A stretch of DNA of 64,000 nt from Eledone cirrhosa. Its lineage: Eukaryota. A model generated the notes under the pieces. The model was not told where the DNA came from. It searched no databases and saw only the letters and a list, made by a program, of their open reading frames with translations. The stretch spans positions 281,294,001 to 281,358,000 of the forward strand of contig OZ024742.1 in the NCBI GenBank assembly GCA_964016885.1, written 5' to 3'. Shown here piece by piece: positions 14,326 through 28,159 of the stretch (position 1 is the stretch's first letter; each line of letters opens with the position of its first letter). Position numbers and translations under genes: made by a program.

Positions 14326-14407
14326 AATAAAGCTTTCAAGGATTTACACAAGTCCAGCCTCCTGTTATTTTATTATAATATTATATATATATATATATAC
14401 ATATATA

Positions 14408-15318
14408 TAATAAGGGTTGACAGACCCAGCATATTCATCAATGCCTGTACCTGTTGTATCTCAACGCACTCAATGGGTAATGTAAGATACATTACTAGAG
14501 TATACATATAGTTATTTGCCTCAACACAACACACGTAAAACGGGTGCTTATAAGGTTCCTGGACTCGAGTTTCTGCCGCACTAATGCAGCAGTAAGGTGC
14601 ACTGCACCATCTGTCTACATATATTATGCAACAATGCACAATCGGCTTATGCGGCTTCATCAGCGGGTATCGCCTAATCAATAACCAATCGATCGACAGA
14701 ATCCAAACACCAGCCCATGCCGGACATGACTGTTTGTGACAACCGACACGGTAAAGCGATTAGCAACTGGCACCTGATAGGACTCTACCTTTCAACTAGA
14801 CACTGATTTACAAATTTTACGTGGGGACGGGAAGCTAAAAAGAACAATCTTTTAGTTCCTTTCAGAAGCACTCCGCCAACGTGTCTCACACACAAATTAT
14901 CAAGGGTTGAAAAGATGGCTATTAGAAATAGCAGTTCACATTGATATAAAATAGAATGGTAGCATTCGGTTCATGTCTCCAAGCCCCATGGCTAGAGGAA
15001 AGCAATGGTAACAATGGTAGTGCTAAGAACCTTTAACGGACTTTAAATGCGATCATCCATTATATAACAATATAGTAGCGAGCTGAAATGAGTCAGCCAC
15101 GTGCGTAGATAACCAGTCTAATTCACAACTTAAAAGAGTGAGAGACAAAATTAATAGCAGGAAAAAGAGTGCATATCAAAACAAAAAACACAATAAAAAG
15201 TGAAAAGTTGTTTAACTTACTCTTAATATTCCGCTAGTTGGGCGATAATAATAATAAGGGTTGACGGACCCAGCATATTTATCAATGCCAGTACCGGTTG
15301 TATCTCCGCGCACTCAAT
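14408..15318 (-). mobile_element. Non-coding unit of about 843 bp with 67-bp terminal direct repeats and an HHR
   Basis: ATAATAAGGGTTGACRGACCCAGCATATTYATCAATGCC..GCACTCAAT at 14408 and about 15251; (TA)n flanks. Confidence 0.75.
14558..14667 (-). ncRNA. Type I hammerhead ribozyme with stem II domain of about 83 nt, GUC site
   Basis: CCCG-CTGATGA-A-GCCGCA...TGCGGC-A-GAAA-C-TCGA-G-TC-CAGG. Confidence 0.75.
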
Positions 15319-15502
15319 ATATACATAAATATATATATATATATATAAACAAGGTTTAGCAAATAATGAAAAAGTTTCAAAATAAATTTTAAAAAATTGA
15401 CTTTACATACTATAGTTAGCGCCTTGTGCGTGAAGGAACACATATCCTATTATATATATATATATATATATATAGGTGTGTGTGTGTATGTGGTGGGGGT
15501 GA

Positions 15503-15700
15503 ACGCGCGTGGCTGAGTGGGTAGCGAATGTGATTCGCATTCGATTCCTGGACCGGGCGATGCGTTGTGTCCTTGGGCAAGACACTTTATTTCACGTTGC
15601 TCCTTCTATCTGGAGTTGCGTCCGATAGATAGTACTAGCAACTAGAAAGACCAATGGAATCATTGTATCCTCGGTCCAATTTGACGAAAGTCGATCGACT
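15503..15700 (+). mobile_element. Second tRNA-derived SINE family (diverged copy also at about 33545-33840)
   Basis: A box GTGGCTGAGTGG, B-box-like TTCGATTCC, CORE-like TGTGTCCTTGGGCAAGACACTT. Confidence 0.7.
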
Positions 15701-15868
15701 CCTATATATATATACATGTGAATGTATGTATGGTATATTGCCAAATATAACATGCATTCATTCATGTATACATTTCAGAGCACCAATCCTAATATATATA
15801 TATGTATGTATGTATACACACACACACACACACACACATAATTAAATTGACTCGATATCAGAGCTATG

Positions 15869-15911
<43 letters not shown>

Positions 15912-16635
15912 TCAACAAGGGAGCTTTGCCGTACTTTTTCTACCTGGTTGAAATAACAGCCAATTCTAATCCAATCCTGCTTTCTTGAAAATAAAAAGTA
16001 CATAATCTGTAGAAGTTATCACAGATGGAGCGTCTTTCAGCATAGCTTTGCTTAATCAGGGTTACACAATAACCAGACATAAGAGCTAAACAGATTCGTG
16101 ATAAATAAGTTTCTAAATTTGGAAAACAATATTATCAGACGGAAAACTAAAGCTCAAGAAAACATTATTACATTACTTTAAGCAGGAAGATTAGTTTCCA
16201 AAATCTCACAGTATTACAGGCGCGCTCTTCTCAGACGACGTTCTTCTTAATAATTCAGAAAACACTGTACCAAAATCGAAAGACCTCATTACACTGTCTT
16301 CTTATATAAGTGACTTTTATAAATGTGTCTCTCGAATTACGATTAACTGGCAAAAATTATGACATGTCTGACAAGGTAGGAACTATATTGTTCACAATGA
16401 CAAAACATATTTATTTAAAATTTTTGTGAAATGGTTCGAAAAAAAGAAAAGAAAAATGGGTGAAATGTTTGAATATTTCCAAGCACAAACTAATACCGTA
16501 CGCTAGTTTCTAATGAACGTCAAAGTACTAGCGAGATTACAAAATGATTCTGGTTATATCCTGCTTATTTATTTAGTGTGAAAAGATGGACAGTAAACTT
16601 AGGTTTTTGAAGTTCATCCTAAATTAATTCTGTCA

Positions 16636-16735
16636 ATGCTGAAAATTCAATTATTCAGTTTGATATATCTAGTGTTGATGTTTATTGTTCGTTATTCCCT
16701 CGTCTGCTCTAAACCATCAGACCAAATATCAAAAG
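16636..16735 (+). CDS. Candidate first coding exon (signal peptide) of a small secreted protein
   Basis: MLKIQLFSLIYLVLMFIVRYSLVCSKPSDQISK, hydrophobic core, donor AAG|GTAACC, phase 1, non-repetitive context. Confidence 0.45.
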
Positions 16736-16759
16736 GTAACCAGCTTTGTTATATGTATA

Positions 16760-16849
<90 letters not shown>

Positions 16850-16851
16850 TG

Positions 16852-17350
16852 TATACTTCATTTCTGTATTGCTTTGTATCTATCTGAAAACGTGAGTTGA
16901 AACAGGTATTGTTATACTTTGGGAGGGTCATGCTGCCAATAAAATACACACGCACCTCGTTGATTTCACTTCAATTTATTATTATAATTCCCCGAGTGGT
17001 TAGTTTAATAACCGGATGGTTGTTTAGTTGTTGATTGTCATTGAAGTTTTTTCGCCACAGATTCTGTAACCTCCTCAGTATCTCCTTTTTTTCTTTCCTA
17101 TATTATCTTGATTTGTGAGCTGTGTACTTCAGGTGTGCATGCATTATATCCGCGTTTGTGTTTTATTTACTATTTTTTAATATATTTATCTGTTTATTTA
17201 TTTATACGTATATTTACTTGTCACAAGTTGGTTCCTTGATCTATGTGTGTGTGTCTGGTTTGTTTTATTAATTGAGTTCTTGTATCTCTATCTCTTTATT
17301 TTAACCTTAGCTACAGCGTTGTGTTTTCTGTTTAGTCTTGGTTGGAGATC
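16852..17350 (-). mobile_element. PLE 3' region/pseudo-LTR, same family as 26346-27550; degenerate HHR at about 17035-17082
   Basis: Shared TACTTTGG-AGGGTCATG-TGCCAATAA string; minus strand CTGAGGA-GGTTACAG-AAT-CTGTGGC-GAAA. Confidence 0.65.
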
Positions 17351-17357
17351 ATATTTA

Positions 17358-17358
<1 letters not shown>

Positions 17359-17388
<30 letters not shown>

Positions 17389-17491
17389 CTTCTTCTTCTT
17401 CTTCTTCTTCTTCTTCTTCTTCTTCTTCTTCTTCTTCTTCTTCTTCTTCTTCTTCTTCTTCTTCTTCTTCTTCTTCTTCTTCTTCTTCTTC
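17359..17491. repeat. (CTT)n microsatellite
   Basis: Direct reading. Confidence 0.95.
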
Positions 17492-17521
17492 GTCTCTCTC
17501 TCTCTCTCTCACTCTCTCTCA

Positions 17522-17566
<45 letters not shown>

Positions 17567-17589
17567 TAGTTATATATGTATTTTGATTA

Positions 17590-20063
17590 TAACCCCACAA
17601 TTAGACTTATATGCACGTCCAAATCGGACATCGGGAAAATTAGTAAACATATATTAGATAGAGTGATAGCACAAATGAAGAATAAACTAAAGATTAAACT
17701 ATGGGGTAAACGCTACCGAAACAATTACGGGGATTAACAATATAGCTAACAAAGAAGTATCTAAATTTATACAATTTGACATTAACGATTATTACTCATC
17801 TATATCCCCCAACACCTTGGATAAAGCCTTAGCATTCGCCAAAGCCAATTCTGACATAACAGACGACGAGATAAAAATCATATTAGCTGCTAGGAAAACA
17901 ATAATTAAATTTGAAAACGCCTATTGGGAACGTAAGGATAGATTAAATAACTTTGACATCACGATGGGGGCTAACGACTCGGCTCAAGTCACGGATTTAG
18001 TAGGTATTTACATAGCCCATAGTTTACAAAGTGAGTTTAGCGACCTTCACGGTGGAATCTACAGCGACGACGCCCTTCTCCTAGTTAAGAACCTAAATAA
18101 CCAGAGCATAGAAAGAATCCGTAAGAATATTAGAAAGACTCTCGGAAACCTAGGCCTTAGCATAACGTATGAGTATAGCACTAAAACAGTTAACTTTCTA
18201 GACGCGACGCTTAACCTAAATACGGGACCTATAAGACCTTTTCAAAAGATTAATGAAAACTTAGCATACATCAACTGTAACTCAAACCACCCACTATCCA
18301 TAATTAAATCCATTCCACGCAGCATATCCCTGAGGATCTCCCGCCTCTCGTCTAACCGAAAAATCTTCGAAGAACATGCAGAATACTACAATACCGCATT
18401 AGACAAGGCAGGCCACTTAGATAGAGTAGAATATATAGATGAAAGCTTCCGTGAAGCGCACACGAACACGCATAACACAAACTCCGGTAACACACGCACA
18501 CACGCACTTACGCATAGAACTACAAAGTATACGGCAAAGAGAAATACAACATCGAAATCAAACAAGTCACGCAGTAGAAAATATATTTGGTATAACCCCA
18601 TATTTAACACCTCTATTAGTACTAACCTACCCTCTACCTTCTTTAGAAAAATAAATAAGCACTTTCCAGATTCACATAGATACAGCAAAATCCTTAACAC
18701 TAAATATATTAGACTATCTTACTCCACGGCACCAAATATAGAGGCACACATTAAGATCCTTAACGCTAAAAGGATACATAACAACACCAAAACGCAAATT
18801 TACAATAATAACAATACAATCACCACCGAACACAACAGAATATCTAATACACAACCACCCGCTAATAGGCAAACAAAACGTAACACACTTGTACAGGCAT
18901 CGCAGCACACCAATAAAGCCAAATTTGCCCATGACAAGAATTGTAACTGCCACCTACCTGAAACCTGTCCATTACATAATGAATATATGCAGTCGAACCT
19001 GGTTTACCAATGCACAGTGGAATCAGACAACCAGAAATGGTATTACATCGGAGCAACTGGGAATACATTTAAAGCACGTTGGTATACACACCGTTACGCA
19101 ATGAAATATTCCCAGCATCGTTATGTAACTACCCTTGCAAACAAGACCTGGCAACTGAGGGAAAGTAACCATCAATACACCCTGAAGTGGAAAAAATTAA
19201 CGAACGCGCCCTATATCGGAGTGGTATGAGAAACTGTCGATTATGCGACCTTGAGCTGTTCCACATCTTGAGTTCGAAGAATAAGTTACTCAACAATAAA
19301 ATCGAAAGATCAATTTATTGTAACCATAGACTCTAAGAGAAGTTTTCGCACTACAAATCAAACCCTTAACCTCTTACTACCAACTGACAAACTACATATA
19401 CTTAGATTTTATACCGTCTTGTTATATCTAAACCCTCTTAATTACCCACAAAACCATTACATATATCCCCTTCTTCTCCCTCATTCGTCTTCTATTTCTT
19501 CGTTTTCTTCCTTCCTTCCCTCCTTTCTTGGCTATCTTTTCTTTGCTTTTATTTTTGTCATTATTATCTTTATCTTTATTTTATATATATATTTATCTCT
19601 TTATATCCCCCCCCCCTCGCTATCTCCCTCTCTATCCATCCCTCCCACTATGATCAATTTAATTCTCTTTAACTCACTACATTCCACGACATGAAGTCTG
19701 CTATCAAAACTGACCAAAGAATCCTTCCACCTATACCCCTCCCTCCATCTCAGTTTGTCACTCTACTTCCTACCTCTTCCCCCTTCCTCTCTCTCTATAC
19801 TATTCCGTTTGTCCCCTCACCTTCTAATTCCTCTCTCTCTATACTAGTAAATACAATTCCAAATAAATGTTTTTCTCTATATATCAAGAATTATTTCAAG
19901 AGTAACTTACTCACTATTTTGAAAATTTGTGCTGTGAACAACAATTATAATTGAGTGGCTGCTATTTGCAGTATAGCAATATAAGGTTGCACTTACCAAT
20001 GAAACGGTCGTAAATACCTGGATAAAATCCTTCTCTTAATTCTTACCTGTGTTTTCTCTTTTA

Positions 20064-20070
<7 letters not shown>
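17590..20070 (+). mobile_element. 5'-truncated Naiad-type Penelope-like element
   Basis: RT plus GIY-YIG pseudo-ORF followed by pyrimidine-rich 3' region; (TA)n flanks. Confidence 0.9.
17592..19370 (+). pseudogene. PLE reverse transcriptase / GIY-YIG endonuclease, frameshifted
   Basis: NPTIRLI..SDIGKISKHILD, FIQFDINDYYSSI, FDITMGANDSAQVTDLVG, GGIYSDD, VNFLD, SNHP, IWYNP, CNC-CPL, YYIGATGNTFKARWYTH, then CRLCDLE after a frameshift at about 19215; contains the 470-aa ORF 17817-19229. Confidence 0.93.
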
Positions 20071-20112
<42 letters not shown>

Positions 20113-20124
20113 AAATTAAGATAA

Positions 20125-20620
20125 ATTAAATGAATTTAATTCAAATCGAAATTGTGGGTGTCATACCATATCGCCCGGAAATAAGCTCAAAGATAGGTCC
20201 GAGCATTTTATAATAACTAGAAATTGATTAACATATATAAACATGAATAATCACAGGAGATACGTTAATCAATTTCTAGTTATTATATATATATAACAAA
20301 GGTATATATTGAGTTAGAAACTCAAAATATTCTCTTACAATAAAATAGCACTAGGAAAGAGGTTTTTCCGAGCCGCATATTATAACTGAATATAAAAGAA
20401 AAATTAACACAGACATGTACATATATGTGTTCAATCGGGTGATTGGTAGTTACCACAATTCCGGTTTGTATTTACTTTCTTGATTTATTCTTAAATTGCG
20501 TCTGGCAAACCCTATTGTCTATAGTTAGTATTCTTTTCACCTTAGCGAATCTGGTCCCTTACGAGTTGAACACATATATGTATATGTCTGTGTTCGTTTC
20601 TCTTTTATATTCAGTTAAAT
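20125..20620. mobile_element. Two small inverted-repeat pseudo-LTR remnants
   Basis: IR 20209-20231 / 20264-20287 and IR 20382-20434 / 20566-20617, each with a one-sided tail. Confidence 0.55.
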
Positions 20621-20651
<31 letters not shown>

Positions 20652-20654
20652 ATA

Positions 20655-21219
<565 letters not shown>

Positions 21220-21281
21220 ATATTTGGGGAGGGTCATATTTGCGTAATATTGCCAAACCTCGCAAAACTAATTCATCGCCG

Positions 21282-21362
<81 letters not shown>

Positions 21363-21379
21363 ATTAATGAAACAAATAA

Positions 21380-22440
21380 AACACAGAAGACAATTTTATA
21401 CTTATATTAGGTTCACGCTTTTAGGAAATGGAGGGTGTTTCAACGTTTCGGACAGAAGTACTTTTTCAGGAAATTTCGTATAAGGAGAGGGCAGATACAC
21501 GTAAGAGTAGTGTGAGAAGTTTAGGGAAGCCAGTGAAAAAAATGCTGATAGGAGACGTAGGTGAAAGTTCTGGAGTATGGGTTCTAGAGTGGGGTGCAAG
21601 GGGTGACATGGGTGCGGTTGTGTGCGTGTTTATCGAATGGAAGATGTGCGTAGCTTCAATCTATGTCCCACAGGTTTTTTTAAAATAGAGTCTGCATACT
21701 GGTATGTGTGTGTGTATGCGTGTGTGTATGTGAGTATGTGTGGGGCTTTTCTGTAATTTCTATGTACGTGAATGTGTCCGATTGCATGTGTGCGTCTATT
21801 ATCGCGTATGTATTGGATAAGTGTGTCTGTGAGTGTATAGGTGATGTTTATGTATGTGAGTGTGTACGTATGTGTGTGTGAATGCGTACGTATGTGTGTG
21901 TGAGTGCGTACGTATGTGTGTGTATATGACTGTGCAAATGATGTTTCTATTATTTTTACGTATGTTGGTGCGTAATTTAACGTGTGTGTGTGTAAATATA
22001 TTTATATATTTCCACGTGTGTATGTTGTATCCAAAAGAGTGTTGTGGTTGGGTTCAGTCAGTAGAGGGAATGTATTATTTACATATGTGTAGGAGAGTAG
22101 ATGTGTGTCTGTTTCTGCATGGGTATGTCCGTGTGTGATGGAGTATCCAGGTAATCCTGGAGGAGACAGCAGTGGTCAAGTATGATACAACCAGGCCAAG
22201 GAAGGTTTGGTCAGGGCAGAAGTGGAGTGAAGTGGGGTGCACACAAAACGGAAGTGAGTTGAGAAGGGGTTGTTATGGTGGGGTTTGTGTAAGTGTGTGT
22301 TTAGCAGTAAATGCCGTGTTGTCATGTAGAGAGGTGTGTCTGTGAGGCTGTTTGCTTTTTCCAGAAGCTCGTCTCACCATACACAGGCTTCTGCTATACT
22401 TCTGTACTTTCGAGCACCCACTATTGTATCTTATGAAATG
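21380..22440 (-). mobile_element. Probable PLE 3' region with degenerate HHR (21437-21473)
   Basis: Minus strand CTGAAAA-AGTAC-TTCT-GTCC-GAAACGTTG; CA-rich body. Confidence 0.4.
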
Positions 22441-23292
22441 TGTAACACATTACGTTAATAATTAAACAGAGAATATTATGTATCAAATTCTGGCCTTGTG
22501 CCTCATTTCAAAACCGTTGTCCAATTAGCGTAGCTTACCTGCTATTTCTAGTTGGTCGACTAACTTCATAGAGGCTTCCGCTTTATTTTACGGACACGAA
22601 GCAGCTACCACAGCATCTTAGGAAATGTGTAACGAATATAATTTAATAAGTAAGTTGGAATTATATCTTAGTTGCGTGATTGTTATATCTTCTGCATTAT
22701 ATCTCCTACGATTTCAGTCAGCTATTTAATTCTGTTCATATAAAAGTCTTTGTTGCAATCTAAGATCATGCGGTTCTTTTGTCTGTGATAACCTTGGCTC
22801 TCCAGAAAGAGCCCACAGCTGTTCAAGCGTTTCATCTCAATCCAACCATCCAACAACGGAAACACATCATAGCATGATTAATTTCCATGATACTACGAAG
22901 AATTATTAAAGAATAACACAGCAGTAGCCGGTTATTATCACTAGGAAGCTACAGCTATCACTTCATAATTACATAACTTTTAATTATAAAATAGGGCCCG
23001 CGCATCTTATGCAAACGATTGGGTTCGCCACCCCATCTTGTTGTATTCAAAGACTGCGCACTTTTCTTAAATTCTTTCACTGCTTTCAGTCTCATATATC
23101 TGAGGCCATAATGGGGCACCAGCTTGAAGAGATTTAATAGATCATATCGACTTATGTATTTATTTTTTTCTGGTTTGAGCCTACTACTCGTTCTATCTAT
23201 CTCTTATTTTTGTCGAACCGATACGGATACACACATACATATACATGTATACATAAATGTACTCACACACATTTATATATGTATATATTTAC

Positions 23293-23324
<32 letters not shown>

Positions 23325-23364
23325 GTGAATGTGTCTGTATATATATATATGTATGTGTGTGTGT

Positions 23365-23975
23365 TTGATGGTAGCTAAGATTCTTCCATAGGCGATATGC
23401 CGGTTGAGCACTCTATGCTCTTACAGAGCAGAGTATGGTATAATATAAAACGAAAAATCAGTGATGCATCTGAAATCTATTTATTGTGTGTTACAATTGT
23501 TTCGCCGGCGGACAGCTCGAGACACGATCATTGCATGGTTCTTGTCTGACTCTGGACCTGCGGGCTTGTCGGACACGTCAATTTTTGTTTATATGTCCTC
23601 CTTAAGTAAGTGTGTGTGTGTATAGCGGGAGTCTATGCATACGGATGATGTTTTCTTGGGGATTGTGTGTGTGTGTGTGTGTGCGTGTGCGTGTGTGTAT
23701 ATATGTGTGTGTGAGCTACCAAACCCAGTAGTAACTCATCGAAGTGTGGCAGAATGGTCAGCCGAATTGGCACCTGTTGGTCAGATTTACGATGACGTAG
23801 AAAAGCAGCAGCCAATAACGGGGCGCACGATGAGGATGTTCTTTGACGCCAACACCCCAGTGAAAGAATTTGCTCCGAAAGCATTTGACGTGTCCGATGA
23901 GCTCGCAAGTACAGAGTCAGACAAGATCCATGCAATGATCGTGTCTCGATCTGTCCGCCGGCGAAACAATTGTAA
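23365..23975. mobile_element. Inverted pseudo-LTR pair carrying variant HHR (23487-23576 minus; 23890-23975 plus); same family as 52868-53137
   Basis: GTGT-CCGAYRA-GCY..GGC-GAAA-C-AATT-G-TA-ACAC read on both strands. Confidence 0.7.
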
Positions 23976-25286
23976 CGGCTGTTACTTAAATATAAGTATG
24001 TATACGTACATACATATATGTATACAGACGTACAGTAGTATGTATATATACATACATGCACACATACATATATGTACGTACGGATTCACCGAACAATTAT
24101 TATAATGCTCGGTGTGTTTGTAAACAAACATCCCGTATTAAGCCGTAGTGTCTAGCAACCATCGTTGCTCGTTTGTTCAACACTGACAAAGGAACGCTGT
24201 ACTAGTTTCAAGCTTATTAGCTATCGTCAGCAACGTATACCTTACTCTGTGTGATTCAGTATAGTGAGGACAGAAATAATAATTTTATAAAACTTTTGAA
24301 TTTCTTTAAAGATATTTTATGATCACGCATATTCTGTCAACACCACAGTTTAAAACTCTGTAAACAGCGAGTCTACTGTCTATGCAAATGCGTATATAAT
24401 AGACGTATCCTTCTGGTATTTTACTTTGCACACATTCTGTTTGCATGAATGTGATTATACTTTCAGTAGGAACCGATTGGTGGGCTTATTATGTCTCCCG
24501 GTTTTGTACCATCTCCTAACCCTTGTGTTTCTTGAGCGGTGACCACTTTGTTACATTTGAGAAAAAAGCCCGTCTTTCCTTCTCTGAAGCCACGAAAAGG
24601 GTCATGAGCACTGTTACTCTCTCGAAGAGAAATCAATAAAGTAAATGAAATATGGGGTCTAAACCAAAAAGCTAAGACGTCTGCTACGTGATTTAGTATA
24701 AATAAATGATATACATAGCGTACAAATATAAATGATATATAGTGTACAATAGACTGAAAATTCAGCAGAATTTGTGTTTGTAGCGTTTAGCATATATAAA
24801 TAATCAGAGATTACTAACTAAATTATCTTAACAGAGACAATATTATCTATTAAGGAACATTAGCGTTTTTACAAGGTAAAAGACTGCCAACTTGAAATTT
24901 GTGGCTTCGGTAATTGTCTGTTAGAAATAACAAAAGCAAAGAGAATTGTGAAGAAAGATTAGTCAATAACGGAAGCTCTGTATGATCATTCAACTGGTGG
25001 AATTCGCAGACAAATGTCCATCACATTTAACGCAAAACATATTTACTGTATTATGTAAGAAAAAGGATACATTTTTTAGAGATCAAACTCAAAACATGGA
25101 ATGATGTGCCGAGTAGAGTTATAATGATCTTAAGTAGATACATCATAGTCGAATAGTCATATGGTTAAGATTTCAATACAATACAAATGAATTAATTGCT
25201 ACTTCATTCTGCATTTGAAAGAAACACATGTAAATCGATTAAATAAGGTATTGGGCCTTGGATATTTATGTATTCAATATATATAA

Positions 25287-25348
<62 letters not shown>

Positions 25349-25351
<3 letters not shown>

Positions 25352-25761
25352 CGATATTAACAAATAGAAACTATATTTATAAAACCATATTTATGTCTTT
25401 ATACATATTTCAAGGACACCAAGTTAAATTATGGTGTGCTTTCATCAGACAAAATATAATATAGATCAGTTTTATAAATAAATATTGACTATCCGGGAGC
25501 TTCCAACAGTAATGGTTGCATTTTTTAAGGGTATGTCAATATTTATTGATAAAACTGATCTATATTATATTGTGTCTGATGAAAGCACACCATAATTTAA
25601 CTTGGTGTCCTTGAAATATGTATAATGAAATAAATATGGTTTTATAAATATAGTTTCCATTTGGTAATATCGTATGTTTACTCCAAATATCTGTTGAGTG
25701 CTTTATATCAGTTATAAAAATATTTGCTTGTTGTATCCCAAGAATTTAAATAGAACTTTTG

Positions 25762-25765
<4 letters not shown>
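25349..25765. mobile_element. Inverted pseudo-LTR pair (25349-25489 / 25534-25675) plus tail; HHR at 25573-25627 plus and 25398-25451 minus
   Basis: TGT-CTGATGA-AAG-C-ACACCA-loop-TGGTGT-C-CTT-GAAA-T-ATGT-A-TA. Confidence 0.8.
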
Positions 25766-25854
<89 letters not shown>

Positions 25855-25859
25855 AGAGA

Positions 25860-26249
25860 GAGAGAGAAGTCTACTAAAATATACGCTAGTGTTCAGTCCG
25901 TATGAAGAATATTGTAATCTAAATATAGAAGATATCGTGAAAAGAGAAGATACATTCAAAAATTTACGATAAAAATCATAGAAAAAGAGAGTCAAGATAA
26001 ATTAAGAAAAACAATGAAATAAACACAAAGTACAAGTTCTTTATAATTAAAAATTCATCATTTTACAATCGTTTCTGAGGACGGCATGTATATGTGAAGG
26101 TATGTATATTTCCTTTGATAATTTGTAATATTTTTACATAGATATATATGATATATATAACAACACACATACATCCCAGAAACGATCGTAAAATGATGAC
26201 TTTTATTTATATAAAGAACTTGTTCTTTGTGTTTATTTCATTGTTTTTA

Positions 26250-26255
<6 letters not shown>
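25860..26255. mobile_element. Inverted pseudo-LTR remnant containing only the HHR 3' half
   Basis: IR about 26007-26076 / 26177-26248 with GAAA-C-GATC-G-TA. Confidence 0.55.
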
Positions 26256-26313
<58 letters not shown>

Positions 26314-26345
26314 AGTGTGTCTGTGTGTGTGTGTGTGTGTTTGTG

Positions 26346-27547
26346 TGTTATACTTTGGCAGGGTCATGTTGCCAATAAGAAACACACGTACTAGTTACCT
26401 TCACTTCAATTTATTATAATAAATTTATAAATTTAGGAATTTATAAATTTCCGGTTGGTTGGTTGGTTCCACAACCAGATGGTTGTTTATATATTGTCAA
26501 AGTTCTTCCGTCACACATTCTGTGACCTCTTCAGTGACTGGGGATTCTTTTCTTTGTTTTTGTTCCTCTCCTTTGTTCTGTCCTACGCCATCTTGTTTCT
26601 GTGTGTGTGTTGTGTGCTCAGTCTGCGTATGCGCCACATCCGCGTGTCTGTGTGTGTTTATATTCGTTTATTTATTTGTTTATTTACATGTTACTGGTTG
26701 GTTGTTTGTTCTATATGCGTGTGTGTTTTCATTTTGTCCTTAATTGTAAGTTGTGATGTTACTGTTCCACTCATGTTTTCTATTTCATTTTGGTTGTAAT
26801 TCTTTTATGTTTATTGCCTCTGTGATTTGTCTAAACATTGCGTCTTTTCTGTGTGTAGATTCTATTTTTATTTCTATGTTCTCTAATTTACCCTTATATT
26901 CTAGTTTAGCATGTTGGTAGAGTGCAGATGATTCTTTACTATCTTGAAGGTCTCGCCAGTGTTCATTTATCCGTTCCCCTACACTACGAGCTGTCTCACC
27001 TATGTACACTATATTTTTATCTCTACATTGTCCTTCAGTACATCTTATGCTATATAATTAATTTCTAGTTTTACATTTAATATGGGGGCTTAATTTACAG
27101 GTTATACATTTCTTATCTATACAGGGGTGTCTTTGAAAAGGGTATGCCTTGCTAATACGTGTTTTTATGGAGGTACCTGGTCTTTCTACTATCTTAATAT
27201 TGAGTTTATGTTTATCAAGGGCCCTTCTAAATGTGTAAGCTAATTCACCTCTAGGGGTTGTATCGATGAACATTGGTAAATAATGGTAAATAATGACACA
27301 AATGGGAGCTGCTCCTTGTATAGGAGCAAATTTTGGAAAAGAATGGAAAGAACTAGGTATAAGGCTAATAGAATAAACTCATTGTATGATAGCAATAAAT
27401 ACCAGAGTGTAATGTTCATCGATACATGAAGTGAAGGTAACTAGTACGTGTGTTTCTTATTGGCAACATGACCCTGCCAAAGTATAACAATATCGGTTTC
27501 AACACACATTTTCAGATAAAGAATCTTGCTAAACAAATTCAGAAACG

Positions 27548-27550
<3 letters not shown>
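26346..27550 (-). mobile_element. 5'-truncated PLE (non-Naiad GIY-YIG type) with inverted pseudo-LTR at 27427-27550
   Basis: Endonuclease pseudo-ORF, HHR-like 26496-26538 (GTCA-CTGAAGA-GGTCACA..TGTGAC-G-GAAG..TGAC), 62-bp inverted repeat. Confidence 0.85.
26785..27273 (-). pseudogene. PLE Cys-rich linker plus GIY-YIG endonuclease
   Basis: Two same-frame ORFs separated by one TAA: KIVERPGTSIK..C..C..C..CKTRN*LYSIRC..VYIGETARSVGERINEH..SALYQH..RQITEAINI. Confidence 0.9.
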
Positions 27551-27587
<37 letters not shown>

Positions 27588-28159
27588 GCTTTCGTGGATC
27601 GTAGTTGTTTCCCCTTCCCGCTTCGTGTCGCTATGATACTTCCTCAGTCATAAACTGCTGGAATTTCAAATTTGGCGGTCATACGATCCGAGAAGGAGCA
27701 ACTTAACAGACACGATTTTTGACTGCGGTAAGAATTTCTTTCTTATATCAAAGTTTAATGGGCTTCCACTGAGGATTTATAAGCGCCCACCTAAATATAT
27801 TCTTATATGAATATATATTAGGCTTCTACATAAACTGGAAATATTCTCCCAACTTGTAGAAAACTTATAATGAAACAATTGTTTGGAAAGAGAGATATAC
27901 TTTAACTTTAATTATATCTCATAAAATAATACAACTGATTTTTCCACATTATACATATTGTTAGCACCCCAAACACTTAAATTGGGTTTATATTTAAATA
28001 TAACCTAATGTTTGTTGAGTGAGATGGTTACCAGTCAGAGTTTAGCTTTAAACAATCTCTGTTATTGTATTAAATATATATATATATATATATAAAATAA
28101 ATGAGAGAGACGGCTTTATTCATACGTCTTCATTTTCTTACATCGTTCCATTATACTTA

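Larger units (their letters stand above)
11357..14385 (-). mobile_element. Non-coding HHR retroelement: unit of about 1.94 kb, partial tandem copy (13296-14170) and inverted segment (14172-14385)
   Basis: 11357-12180 recurs at 13296-14170; three HHR copies; flanked by (TA)n. Confidence 0.8.

Noticed and set aside
19925-20020. HHR or SECIS at the end of the 17.6-kb Naiad
   Set aside because: GAAA-CGGTCG-TA and a long hairpin are present, but no CUGANGA box or SECIS quartet could be placed.
22767-22910. Plus-strand exon candidate
   Set aside because: Several frames and acceptors are equally plausible with no motif to choose among them.
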